A stretch of DNA of 64,000 bases from Halorussus marinus (GTDB lineage: Archaea; Halobacteriota; Halobacteria; Halobacteriales; Haladaptataceae). The stretch spans positions 310,001 through 374,000 of the forward strand of contig NZ_SBIV01000002.1 of the NCBI RefSeq assembly GCF_004765795.1, in the 5' to 3' direction. The position numbers were made by a program, and so were the translations under genes. Position 1 is the stretch's first letter. Every line of letters starts with the position of its first letter. The notes under the pieces were generated by a model. That model was not told the origin of the DNA, ran no database searches, and saw nothing but the letters and a program-made list of their open reading frames with translations. Of the stretch, positions 49,830 to 59,659 are shown one piece after another.

Positions 49830-49880
49830 GTCGACCGCGCCGTCGCAGAGTCGCTCTTTTCCCGACCGAGCGCCCGTTTC

Positions 49881-50975
49881 TCAGACCGGCTGGAGCCGGA
49901 GGACTCGATCGTCCTGGGGGGCCGGCGTCCCCCGTCCGTCCTGATTGCTGGTAGTGACGTAGAGGTGGTCGTCCGGACCGGTGAACGCCGTCCGGAGCCG
50001 GCCGTACTCCTCGTCGAGCAGTCGCTCCTCGTCGACCACCGAGCCGTCTTCGATGCGAACCCGCCTGAGGTGGCGGCCGGCGAGCGTCCCGACGAAGAGG
50101 TCCCCGCGCCAGTCGTCGATCGGGCCGTCGTACACCGCCGCGCTCCCGGGCGCGATCGTCGGCGTGTACGAGGTCACGGGGTCTACGTACGACTCGTCGT
50201 CGCTGGGGCCCATCGCGTCGGGCCACCCGTAGTTTCGGCCCGCCCGGAGGACGTTGATCTCGTCGTCGCGGTCCGGGCCGTGTTCGGTCCCAAAGAGCGT
50301 CCCGTCGGCCCACGCCAGCCCCTGCGGGTTGCGATGGCCGTAGGTGAACACCCGCGGGTCGCCCTCCGCGGGGTTGTCCGGGTGGGCGTCGCCGTCGGGA
50401 GCCACCCGGAGTACCTTGCCCGCGAGCGACTCGCGGTCCCGAGCGCGCTCGCGGTCGCCGGCGTCGCCCGTGGTGACGTAGAGGTACCCCTCGGGGCCGA
50501 AGGCGATCCGACCGCCGTCGTGGACCGTCCCCGCGGGAATGGCGTCGACGACGACGCCGTCGGGGGCAAAGCCCTCGGCGACCCGGTGGCGGACCACGCG
50601 GTTGAGGAGGTCCCCGTCGACCCGGTAGGTGCCGTAGGTGTACGCGAGGTCGGGGTTCTCGGGGTGGAACGCCAGCCCGAGCAGGCCGCCCTCGCCCCGG
50701 TGGGCGATGCGGTCGGTGAAGTCCGCGATCAGTTCGCGCTCGTCGCCGTCGGGGGTGACCCGCTGGATCCGGCCGGGACGCTCGGTGACGTAGAGGTACC
50801 CCTCGGGGTCGAAGCCGGCGCCCCACGGCACCGTCAGCTCCATCGTCACGGTCTCGGTGCGAAAGCGGACGCGCTCGGTGGTGGTCTCGTCGGGCTCGGT
50901 CCCGCCGGTCCGGAGACACCCGCCGAGGCCGACCAGCCCCGCGGTCAGCGACCCCAGGTACGCGCGTCGGTCCAT
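49881..50975 (-). CDS. PQQ-dependent sugar dehydrogenase (GSDH family), Tat lipoprotein
   Basis: MDRR..LGGC; GEGGLLG, HDGGRIAFGP, GHRNPQG, GRLR. Confidence 0.9.
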   Translation of the reverse strand: MDRRAYLGSLTAGLVGLGGCLRTGGTEPDETTTERVRFRTETVTMELTVPWGAGFDPEGYLYVTERPGRIQRVTPDGDERELIADFTDRIAHRGEGGLLGLAFHPENPDLAYTYGTYRVDGDLLNRVVRHRVAEGFAPDGVVVDAIPAGTVHDGGRIAFGPEGYLYVTTGDAGDRERARDRESLAGKVLRVAPDGDAHPDNPAEGDPRVFTYGHRNPQGLAWADGTLFGTEHGPDRDDEINVLRAGRNYGWPDAMGPSDDESYVDPVTSYTPTIAPGSAAVYDGPIDDWRGDLFVGTLAGRHLRRVRIEDGSVVDEERLLDEEYGRLRTAFTGPDDHLYVTTSNQDGRGTPAPQDDRVLRLQPV

Positions 50976-51051
50976 GGCTCGAAGCCACGGGGCCGCCGAA
51001 GAAAAGACCGGTGGTTGGCGCCGAACAGCGCCGGCGACCGGCGGCGCCGGC

Positions 51052-51948
51052 TCACTCGGGCGGGCTGAGATCGCGCTGGAACTCGTCGAACACTTCGAGG
51101 TCCTCGGGCAGGTCGTACTCGATGCGCCGGGCCTCGGTGTCGCCGCCCTCGGCGTCGAGGGGGTCGGCGACGTCCTCCCAGCCGGGCTTGATCTTGACGC
51201 TCTGTGCGGGCTGGCCGACCGCGATGTGGTGGGCGGGGACGTCGCGCTGGACCACCGACTTGGCGCCGACGATCGCGTTCTCGCCGACCCGCACGCCCGC
51301 CCGGACCATCGAGTCGTAGGTGATCCGGGCGTCGTCCTCGACGACGGTGCGGTAGTTGCTGATCTCGGTCTGGTCGACCACGTCGTGGTCGTGGGAGTAG
51401 ACGTGGGCGCCGTCGGAGATCGACACCTGGTCGCCGATCTCGAGTTCGCCCCGATCGTCGAGGTGGACGTCGTCGTGGACGACGACGTTGTCGCCGACGG
51501 TGATGTTGTGGCCGTAGGTGAACGTGATGCCCTTGAAGAACCGACAGTCGTCGCCACACTCGTCGAACAGGTGGTCGGCGAGCATCCGGCGGAATCGGAG
51601 CGCGAACGCGACGTTGTCGGCCATCGGGGTGGCGTCGAACTGGCGCCAGAGCCACTGGAGGTGTTTCGACTCCCGGAAGCGCTCTTCGTCTTTCTCGGCG
51701 TAGTACTCGCTCTCTAAGGTGGCGTTACAGGGGTCGTAGCTCTGGAGGCGGACCCGCTCGGCGGGCGAGACCGCCTCGCCGTCCTGCCAGCGGTCGTAGG
51801 CCGGTCGGTCGCCGTGGAGATCCACCAGCACCTCCTCGACAACCTCGCAGGTGTCTTCCTCGCCCGCGAGCCGCTCGTCGACCGTCGCGATGAACTCCGC
51901 TAACGAGGCCTCCATCTCGTCGGGGAGCTCGACGTGTCGTTTTGTCAT
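51052..51948 (-). CDS. Left-handed beta-helix acyltransferase
   Basis: Hexapeptide repeats (ITVGDNVVVH, VRVGENAIVGAKSVV). Confidence 0.88.
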   Translation of the reverse strand: MTKRHVELPDEMEASLAEFIATVDERLAGEEDTCEVVEEVLVDLHGDRPAYDRWQDGEAVSPAERVRLQSYDPCNATLESEYYAEKDEERFRESKHLQWLWRQFDATPMADNVAFALRFRRMLADHLFDECGDDCRFFKGITFTYGHNITVGDNVVVHDDVHLDDRGELEIGDQVSISDGAHVYSHDHDVVDQTEISNYRTVVEDDARITYDSMVRAGVRVGENAIVGAKSVVQRDVPAHHIAVGQPAQSVKIKPGWEDVADPLDAEGGDTEARRIEYDLPEDLEVFDEFQRDLSPPE

Positions 51949-52127
51949 GTAGGGACTCGTCTCTGTTAGCGGGGAGTTTGGCGCCTGCGTTGATGGGGGT
52001 TTTGGTTCCGGCGGTACGGGTCAGTTTCGACCGATCGCGGACCCCTCCGTTTCGTTCGGAAACCACGGTCAGGCGTGGCGTTCGTCTCCCGAAATTTCAC
52101 TTCCGCCGCGGGGTCGATTCGCGCGCT

Positions 52128-53651
52128 TCAGGCGAGAAAGACGTGACGCGGTCGGTCGGCGAGCACGTCCCGGCCCCAGTCGACCGTGCTCGAGAACTCC
52201 TCGCTCCGGAAGAACGCCATCGCGTCCTCCTTTGACTCCCACTGGCTGGCGATGAACATGTCGTTTTCGTCCTCGCGGTTGGCCAGCAGGTCGGTGTCGA
52301 GGTGGCCCGCCATCTCCTCGAGCAGGCCGCCGACCGTCTCGAACTTCTCGACGAAGTCCTCGCGGTGCTCGGGTTTGACCGTGTAGAACATCCCCATCGT
52401 GCCGAACCCGCTCTCCTCGCCGGCCCGGCCCACGATGTCGGGGAGGTCCGCGAGGAACCCGCCCGCGGTGTCGGCCGCGCTCTGGGTGTCCCAGATGCTC
52501 ACGACCGCCGAGCGCCCGCCGTGGGGGTTCTCGTAGACGGCGGTCTTGACGTGGGTGTCGTAGTGGTCGAAGTTGCTCCGGAGCCCGTCGACCTCCTCGA
52601 ACAGTTCGTCGGGGTCGGCCTCCGAGTACAGCACCATCGCGTACACGTCCTCGCCGTGGGGCTGGCCCGCGTAGATGTCGAGGTCTTCGAGTTCGCCCCG
52701 GATGGACTCCTCGTCGGCGTCGTCGCCGTCGCCGTCGTGGTGGCCGCTATCGCCGTCGCCACCGCCGTGGGGATGGTCGTCGCCACCGCTGTGGGGATGA
52801 CTGTCGCCGCCCTCCGCGTGGTGGCCCTCGCCGGAGCCGTGGTGGGCCTCGCTCTCGTCGGCGCCCTCGGTCGGGATGGCCTCGCCAGCCATGAACGCAG
52901 GGAGGTCCTCGGGCGGGAACTGCCGGCCGAAGTAGAACGGGCCGAACTCGGCGTACTTCGAACTGCTCTCGTCGAACCGAAGCTCGTACAGCAGGTCCTT
53001 GATCGCGGTCGGGTCGTTGCCGAACAGGTCGACGCCCCACTCGAAGTCGTCGAAGCCGATCGAGCCCGTGATGATCTGTTTGACCTGTCCGGCGTAGGTC
53101 TTGCCGATCTCGCCGTGGGTGTCCATCATCTCGGCGCGCTCGTCGAACGGCAGGTCGTACCAGTTCTGGCCGGGCTGGCGGCGCTTGTCCATCGGGTAGA
53201 AACAGACGAACTCGCTGTCCGGGATCTCGGGGTAGAGCTTGCTCTCGGCGTAGCGTGCGAGCCCGGTGTCCTCGATCTCGGACGGGTCGTTTGTCATCTC
53301 CTCGTTGGTGTAGCCCCCGACCTCCGTCACCGAGACGTAGGAGGTCGACCGCTCGGTGTACGCCGCGAAGCCGGTCTCCTCGAACGACCGCTCGGCGGTG
53401 TCGAGGTCGGCCATCGTCGGCCGGAAGTGCAACACCAGCAGGTCGGCCTTGTGGCCGAGCATCGAGAAGACCGCCGAGGAGCCGTCCTCGGCGTCGGCGA
53501 CCGCGGCGTGGTCGCCGAGGAAGTCGACGCCGTCTTCGAGGGCGGCCTCGCGGTCGCGCTCGGGCGCGGCCCGCCACGCGTCCCAGTCGACCGTCCGGAA
53601 GTCGTGCAGCGCGTACCAGCCTTCGTTCGTCGCCGGGGGTTCTCGGGTCAT
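52128..53651 (-). CDS. pitA: PitA: chlorite dismutase/coproheme decarboxylase-like domain fused to an ABM monooxygenase domain
   Basis: EGWYALHD, FYPMDK, YAEFGPF; His/Asp-rich linker; C-terminal ABM (MFYTVKP..IASQW). Confidence 0.9.
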   Translation of the reverse strand: MTREPPATNEGWYALHDFRTVDWDAWRAAPERDREAALEDGVDFLGDHAAVADAEDGSSAVFSMLGHKADLLVLHFRPTMADLDTAERSFEETGFAAYTERSTSYVSVTEVGGYTNEEMTNDPSEIEDTGLARYAESKLYPEIPDSEFVCFYPMDKRRQPGQNWYDLPFDERAEMMDTHGEIGKTYAGQVKQIITGSIGFDDFEWGVDLFGNDPTAIKDLLYELRFDESSSKYAEFGPFYFGRQFPPEDLPAFMAGEAIPTEGADESEAHHGSGEGHHAEGGDSHPHSGGDDHPHGGGDGDSGHHDGDGDDADEESIRGELEDLDIYAGQPHGEDVYAMVLYSEADPDELFEEVDGLRSNFDHYDTHVKTAVYENPHGGRSAVVSIWDTQSAADTAGGFLADLPDIVGRAGEESGFGTMGMFYTVKPEHREDFVEKFETVGGLLEEMAGHLDTDLLANREDENDMFIASQWESKEDAMAFFRSEEFSSTVDWGRDVLADRPRHVFLA

Positions 53652-53771
53652 ACGTCGGACTCGGGGTCGCGGAGGTAAGGAGCTTTTGAGTCCGTCCGAG
53701 CGCTTCAGGGACGGACGCCGGCGTTTCGGTGACCGAAAGCCTTTCAAAAACGTGGTCGGTACGGTTGGTCA

Positions 53772-54290
53772 ATGCGGAAAAGCGGCCCGCCGAAGGGGCT
53801 CATCTCGCATCTCGTGCTCGAGCTTCTCGACGAGAAACCCCGATACGGCTACGAGATTCTCAAGGAGATCGAGTCGATCAGCGGCGGCCACTGGGAGCCG
53901 TCCTACGGATCGGTCTACCCCATCCTCTACAAGTTCGAGGAGAAAGGGTGGGCCGAACGCATCGAGCGCGCCGACGAGCCCGACCGCAAGTACTTCGAAC
54001 TCACCGACGCCGGCCGCGAGGAACTCGAACGCAAGCGCGCCGAGAGCGCGAGCAAAGCCCGGGAGTTCGCCGACATCATCCTGGGGTTCTACCACGTCTT
54101 CGTGGCGTTCGCCACCGACGACCGCTTCGCGGTCGAGCGCACGCCGGGCGGGTGGCAGTTCGACGAGCAGTTCAGCGAGTGGATGATCGAACAGATAATT
54201 CGCCACCACGAGCGCGACTTCGAGGAGTTCGAGCGGATCCCCGACACCCCCGAGGAGTTCGCCGAGCGGATGGGCCTCGACGAGGAGTGA
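53772..54290 (+). CDS. PadR-family transcriptional regulator
   Basis: PRYGYEI, GSVYPIL, RKYFELTDAG. Confidence 0.92.
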   Translation: MRKSGPPKGLISHLVLELLDEKPRYGYEILKEIESISGGHWEPSYGSVYPILYKFEEKGWAERIERADEPDRKYFELTDAGREELERKRAESASKAREFADIILGFYHVFVAFATDDRFAVERTPGGWQFDEQFSEWMIEQIIRHHERDFEEFERIPDTPEEFAERMGLDEE

Positions 54291-54314
54291 CCCGGGGTCG
54301 CGACCGCCGGGACG

Positions 54315-56123
54315 CTACACCAGCAACTGGGGGCCAAACACCATCACCAGCAGGCTCACCAACATCACCAGTCCGACGGTCGTCGTGACCATCGTCGTCA
54401 GCTGGCGGCCCTGGTCGGTCGGAAGCCGGGAGACGACCGCCTCGGCGCTCATCCGCAAAATGTGGCCCCCGTCGAGCGGGAACGCCGGGATGCAGTTGAA
54501 GAAGCCGAGGTTGAGGTTTATCCAGCCGGTCCAAAAGAGGACGTTCGCAAGCAAGAACAGGCCGGTGCTCCCGAGCGCCGAGAGCGCGCCGCCCTCGGCC
54601 ACGAAGAAGCCGCTGTTCCACGCGACGAAGCCCGCGAAGTTGTTCGTGACGCCGATCGCCCCGAGCGAGACGCTGGCGAACGGGAGCAACAGCACGCCGA
54701 ACACCCCCGAGAGGAACGACACGATCGGATCCGAGATGCCGCCGCCGAGACTACCGAACTCGCCGCCGAGCAGGCTCAGATACTGCTCGGCGTCGTAGAG
54801 CTGGACGCCGAAGCTGTTGGTCGTCACGCCGCTGGTGCCGCGCGCGAGACCGATGCCGACGATCGCGCCGCCGTCGCCGCCCTCGCCGAGGGTCACCTCG
54901 TAGCGCTCGGCCGAGCCGTTGACGTACGCCTCGACCGGGACCCTCTGGCCGGGCTCGTACCGATCGAGGGTCGTACTCAGGTCCGAGGCGTTCACGATCC
55001 GCGCGCCGTCGATCTCGGTGATGACGACGGTCTCGTCGGCCGGCATCCCGGCGTCGTCGCTCGGGCCGTCGGCCTGCACGATCGAGAGCGCGCCGACCGC
55101 ACCGGTGGCGGACTCGCCCGCGGCGGTCGTCAGCCTCGCCACCGTCCGGTCGGCGAGCGCGCGCCGGAGGTCGTCTTCGGTCCGAACCTCGGTGCCGTTG
55201 ATCGACGCGATCGTGGTCGGGTCCTCGGACTCGACCGAGAGCACCGACGCGAACGGCGAATCGGGGTGGAAGTCAGTCACCAGCAACGATCGCTCCAGCG
55301 TCCGGGTGTCCCCGCCCGCGAGCGTCACCTCGACCGTCCGGTCGTCGATCCGGGCGAGCGCGGCGTCGAGGTCGTCGTTGGTCTCGATCGGCGCGTCGCC
55401 GACCGCCACGATCCGGTCGCCGGGCGCGATGTCGGCGCTCTCGGCGGCCGAACCGGGCATGACGCCGCCGACCGCCGCGCCAGAGGCGACTCCGATCGAG
55501 CCGACGACCGGCCCGAACAGCAGGAGGAAGGCGACGAGAGTGACCGCGAAGTTGTTGGTGACCCCCGCCGCGAACATCCGACTCTGACTGCCCCGGTCGG
55601 CGTCCCGGCGGTTGTCCTCGTCGGGTTCGACGAACGCCCCGACCGGCAGGAACGCGAGCGCCGCCAGCCCCATCGACTTGATCTCGATGTCCTCGACCCG
55701 ACACATCAGGCCGTGGCCGCCCTCGTGGACGACGAGCCCCACGAGCAGGCCGAACAGGATCTCGGGTGCGACCGACAGCGGGAGGAACTGATTGACACCG
55801 GGGATCACGAGGACGTTGCGCGGCTGGGTCGCCGCGGTCGCCGGCGGCGGGTTCCGGACGACCGCGATCGCCTGCAACACCAACAACAGGAAGGTCCCGA
55901 CCATCACGACCAGCGCGATGCCGAGCCCGAAGTTCCCCCACGCGCGCCAGAGCCGCTTGGGCGCCGCGAGCCGGTCGAGCAGTTGCTTGCCGCGCTGGGT
56001 GTGGATAGTCAGGATCGGTCCCTGGGTGCCGACGTAGGAGGGCAACAGTCCCTTCGAGTCGAGCGCGAGAACCGCCAACCAGTAGAGCGCGAGTCCGACG
56101 AGCACCCACGCGAGCGTATTCAT
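54315..56123 (-). CDS. Site-2 protease (M50) with PDZ domains
   Basis: HEGGH, AAGVTNN, NCIPAFPLDGGH. Confidence 0.93.
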   Translation of the reverse strand: MNTLAWVLVGLALYWLAVLALDSKGLLPSYVGTQGPILTIHTQRGKQLLDRLAAPKRLWRAWGNFGLGIALVVMVGTFLLLVLQAIAVVRNPPPATAATQPRNVLVIPGVNQFLPLSVAPEILFGLLVGLVVHEGGHGLMCRVEDIEIKSMGLAALAFLPVGAFVEPDEDNRRDADRGSQSRMFAAGVTNNFAVTLVAFLLLFGPVVGSIGVASGAAVGGVMPGSAAESADIAPGDRIVAVGDAPIETNDDLDAALARIDDRTVEVTLAGGDTRTLERSLLVTDFHPDSPFASVLSVESEDPTTIASINGTEVRTEDDLRRALADRTVARLTTAAGESATGAVGALSIVQADGPSDDAGMPADETVVITEIDGARIVNASDLSTTLDRYEPGQRVPVEAYVNGSAERYEVTLGEGGDGGAIVGIGLARGTSGVTTNSFGVQLYDAEQYLSLLGGEFGSLGGGISDPIVSFLSGVFGVLLLPFASVSLGAIGVTNNFAGFVAWNSGFFVAEGGALSALGSTGLFLLANVLFWTGWINLNLGFFNCIPAFPLDGGHILRMSAEAVVSRLPTDQGRQLTTMVTTTVGLVMLVSLLVMVFGPQLLV

Positions 56124-56173
56124 CGGGTGAAAGAAAGGACGCCGCGGTCAAAGGCGTTTGGAAAGGCCGACGG

Positions 56174-56473
56174 TTACTCGGCGGTCTGCCAGTCCTCTTC
56201 GAGCTCCTGTTGCTCCGAGCCCTTGCGGCGCTGGCGGAGCTTCCGGGCGGCCGCGATCCCCGCGGCGGTGCCGCCGAGGATCGCGAGCCTGCGGCCGTAC
56301 CGGCGGACGCGACCGCCGCCCGACGAATCTTCGTCGACCGACTCTGAGGCGGCCGTCTCGTCGGCTTCGATCTCCGCCTGTAGTTCGACGTTCTCGCCGT
56401 CGTCGGCTCGCTGTTCTCCTGCTTCGACCCGCTTGAGCGCGGGTTTCTCGAGGTTGAGTTCGATTAGGGCCAT
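56174..56473 (-). CDS. Small hypothetical protein with one hydrophobic segment
   Basis: 99 aa, acidic N-terminus, LAILGGTAAGIAAA followed by a basic patch. Confidence 0.7.
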   Translation of the reverse strand: MALIELNLEKPALKRVEAGEQRADDGENVELQAEIEADETAASESVDEDSSGGGRVRRYGRRLAILGGTAAGIAAARKLRQRRKGSEQQELEEDWQTAE

Positions 56474-56584
56474 AGTAATTCCATTGGGTCGCGCCGACGA
56501 TAAGCTCGTCGGCCGACGTGGCAGTTCGAAAAACGACCACGCCGCACTTTGTTATGCTGTCGTTGCGCGAGGAGTAGGCGGCGT

Positions 56585-58363
56585 TTACCCCTCGCGGCGA
56601 AGTCGAGCGAGCACGAACTCCCGGTCGAGCTTCGCGAGGAACGGCCCGAGCTTGGGCCCCTGCTCTTCGTCGAAGAACAGCCGGTACCCGACCGCGAAGA
56701 ACTCCCCGACGTCGATGTCGTGGCGCTTTGCGGTCTCGTAGATCTCGCCCTGGATCGCCTCGGGGTCGTCGTGGGACGCCACGAACTCCGCGAGTTCGTC
56801 GAGCGCCGCTTCGGTCTCGGGATCGAGGTCGACGTCTGGCAGTTCGGTGCGCTTGAGATCGTAGTCGAACTCGTTGCCCGTCCGGCGGGCCCACTCGCGG
56901 GCGCGGGCGACCCGCGAGAGCGCGAACTCGACGACCCACTCGGGCGCGTCGTCGGGGACGTGGCCCTCCCGGCGCGCGATCTCCTCGCGGAGCGCGGGGT
57001 CGTCGGTCATCCCGAGCACCGCCGCGAACGTGTAGGGCAATCGGACGCGGTCGGCGAACGACCCGTCGGCGAGTTCGTCGGTCCGAGCCCGACGGGCGTC
57101 GTCGGCGACCGGGAGGCTGGGGCGCTCGGGCTCGGAGACCGGATCGCCGTCGGCGTCGAACCGGGCGGCCAGCGTCGGTCGGATCACCGGCGGGTAGGCG
57201 GCCGCCGCGATTTCGGGGTCGGCCTCGCCCCCGTCGTCCTCGCCGTAGAAGGTGCGCTCGAAGGCGTCGAACTCGTCGACGAGCTGGTCGAGGTGCTCGA
57301 CGCTGAAGTCCCGGCCCTTGCTCGGGTCCTTGGTGAAAAAGTACCGGAGCACCTCGGGTTCGAGGAGTTCGAGCACGTCCTGAACCATGACGACGTGGCC
57401 GGCCGACGACGAGAACGGTTCGCCGTCGAGGGTGAACCACTCGTAGGCCATCGGGACCGGCGGCGTGTCCCCGAGGACGTTGCGAGCCACGTCGGAGCCG
57501 CTCGGCCACGAGCCCTCGGCGTGGTCCTTGCCGAACGGCTCGTGGTCGACGCCGAGGGCGCGCCACTGGGCGGGCCACTCGAAGCGCCACGGGAGCTTGC
57601 CCTCCCGGAGGGTCGCGGTCCCCTCGTGGCCACAGCCCTCGATCGTCCGATCGCCGGCCTCCATGTCGGTGCAGACGTACTCGACGGTGCCGGCCTCGAG
57701 GTCGACGGCGGTCACGGTCTCGGTCACCGTCCCACACTCCCCGCAGATCGGGTTGAACGGGACGTACTCCTCGTCGGCCTTGTCCTGATACTTCGAGAGC
57801 ACCGCTCGGGCCTGCTCGCGGTGTTCGAGCAGGTAGCGAGTGATGTCCTCGAACTCGCCGGACTCGTAGAGCTCCGTGTTCGAGACCGTCTCGACCGGGA
57901 TGCCCAGCTGGTCGGCGCTTCGCTCGATGAGGTTCGAGAAGTGCTCGCCGTACGAGTCACAGCAACCGAACGGGTCGGGAATCGCGGTGTAGGGCTTGCC
58001 GAGGTTCCGGCCCAGCGCGCCGGCGTCGACCTCGCCGAGGTCGACCACGTTGCCGTCGAGGTCCGCGAGCTTCCGGGGGAGCTTCCGGAGGGGGTCCCGG
58101 TCGTCGGCGGTGAACACCTGCCGGACCTCCCGGCCGCGCTCGCGTAGGGCCTCGGCGACGAAGTAGCCCCGCACGATCTCGTTCATGTTGCCGAGGTGTG
58201 GCACCCCGGACGGCGAGATGCCGCCCTTGATCACGATCGGGTCCTCGGGCTCGCGGTCGAGGATCAGTTCGGCGACCGACTCGGCCCAGAACGGGTGGGG
58301 CTGGGCGCCCTGTAGCACGTAGGGGTCGTCGTCGGGGTGGAGCTCGGGTGGGTCGTCGCTCAT
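56585..58363 (-). CDS. lysS: Lysine--tRNA ligase, class I
   Basis: GISPSGVPHLGN, KLPWRFEWP, GKDH, FSSSAG, GPKLGPF. Confidence 0.96.
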   Translation of the reverse strand: MSDDPPELHPDDDPYVLQGAQPHPFWAESVAELILDREPEDPIVIKGGISPSGVPHLGNMNEIVRGYFVAEALRERGREVRQVFTADDRDPLRKLPRKLADLDGNVVDLGEVDAGALGRNLGKPYTAIPDPFGCCDSYGEHFSNLIERSADQLGIPVETVSNTELYESGEFEDITRYLLEHREQARAVLSKYQDKADEEYVPFNPICGECGTVTETVTAVDLEAGTVEYVCTDMEAGDRTIEGCGHEGTATLREGKLPWRFEWPAQWRALGVDHEPFGKDHAEGSWPSGSDVARNVLGDTPPVPMAYEWFTLDGEPFSSSAGHVVMVQDVLELLEPEVLRYFFTKDPSKGRDFSVEHLDQLVDEFDAFERTFYGEDDGGEADPEIAAAAYPPVIRPTLAARFDADGDPVSEPERPSLPVADDARRARTDELADGSFADRVRLPYTFAAVLGMTDDPALREEIARREGHVPDDAPEWVVEFALSRVARAREWARRTGNEFDYDLKRTELPDVDLDPETEAALDELAEFVASHDDPEAIQGEIYETAKRHDIDVGEFFAVGYRLFFDEEQGPKLGPFLAKLDREFVLARLRREG

Positions 58364-59085
58364 CGCTCGTCGCTCGCCCAGTAGGTCATCTGATCGTCGG
58401 CGCCCTCGGGGATGATGTCGGTCCCGTCGTGGTCGCCGTACCGGACCGCGTCGGCGATGCGCTCGGGCTCGGTGCCGTCGAGCACGATGGTGCGGACCCC
58501 CGACCGCTCGATGAGCTTGGCGGCGAGGAGGTCGACCGGCGCGGAACTGCCGGCGTTCATCTCCAGGCCCGCGATGACGTCGACGAGTTCGCCCGCGGTG
58601 AGCTCGTCGTACCGCCGGGCGTCGGCGACCTCGTTCGGATCGTCGCTGAACACGCCCGGGACGCTGGTGGCGTACACCAGCAGGTCGGCGTTGACGTACT
58701 CGGCCAGCGCCGCGCTCACGGCGTCGGTGGTCTGGCCGGGCGTGACCCCGCCCATCACCGCGATGTCCCCGCGGTGCATCGCGGCCCCCGCGGCCTCGTA
58801 GTCCTCGGGCGGGCTCGGGGCGGCCTGCTCGCCGAGCGCGGCGATGAGCAGCCGGGCGTTGAGTCGGGTCACGTCGATCCCGATGTCGTCGAGCTCGATC
58901 TCGTTGGCGCCGAGTTCGCGGGCCGCGCCGATGTACTCGCGGGCGACGCCGCCGCCGCCGACGACCGTCCCGACCGTACAGCCCTCCGCGGCGAGGTCTT
59001 CGATGACGTCGGCGTGGGCGCGCACTCGTTCGGAGCCGAGGTCCGGGGCGAGCACGCTCCCGCCGATGGAGACGACTACTTTCAT
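58360..59085 (-). CDS. pyrH: Uridylate kinase
   Basis: MKVVVSIGGS, VVGGG..AR.YI, PGQTTDAV; ATGA overlap with lysS. Confidence 0.96.
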   Translation of the reverse strand: MKVVVSIGGSVLAPDLGSERVRAHADVIEDLAAEGCTVGTVVGGGGVAREYIGAARELGANEIELDDIGIDVTRLNARLLIAALGEQAAPSPPEDYEAAGAAMHRGDIAVMGGVTPGQTTDAVSAALAEYVNADLLVYATSVPGVFSDDPNEVADARRYDELTAGELVDVIAGLEMNAGSSAPVDLLAAKLIERSGVRTIVLDGTEPERIADAVRYGDHDGTDIIPEGADDQMTYWASDER

Positions 59086-59258
59086 TCTGTCGCGGAATAG
59101 CCCGGACGCGGCCTTAAGGATTGCCAACTCCGGGGACCGGCGGTCGACGCTGTTTTCGCCGGGTAGCGGGTCGCTTCGCCGGCGTCGTCGGTAGAGCTCG
59201 CCCGCGGACGCCGGCGCCAGCCAAAGCACTTTATTCCCGTCGACCGTACGGTCCGCAC

Positions 59259-59528
59259 ATGGCAGACAAACCCAGTAGCGGAACCCTCTTCGGTATGCCC
59301 TACAACTTCGAGCGGCCGAGCATCGGCCGGATGCTCTCGTCGTACTGGAAGCCCGACGAGGGGATGCTCGTCGAGAAGCCGTTCGGCATCGGCTACACGC
59401 TCAACCTCGCCAACTGGCGGTCGTGGATCGTGCTGGCGGTCGCGGGCGCGCTCCTCTGGCACGAGCAGTCGGGCGAGGCCGAACCCCGCCAGGACGAGCC
59501 GGTCGAGGTAATCGTCGACGACGACTGA
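59259..59528 (+). CDS. Small membrane protein (DUF5808-like)
   Basis: LVEKPFGIGYTLNLAN followed by one TM. Confidence 0.8.
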   Translation: MADKPSSGTLFGMPYNFERPSIGRMLSSYWKPDEGMLVEKPFGIGYTLNLANWRSWIVLAVAGALLWHEQSGEAEPRQDEPVEVIVDDD

Positions 59529-59659
59529 GCGATTCCGCTCGACTTCTGCGCCGATCGCGACCCCCCAAAAGCGACGCGTAACGCCGTCAGCGACGGGGCG
59601 ACGCGTCGGAAGTCGCGTCGCGCCCGAGCGCCGATCCGCTAAAACAGCCGCCGACCCGC

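Noticed and set aside
52720..52860. Short DNA repeats inside pitA
   Set aside because: They encode the known His/Asp/Gly-rich linker of PitA.
53772..54290. Naming the PadR regulator RosR
   Set aside because: Orthology cannot be established by eye; left as PadR family.
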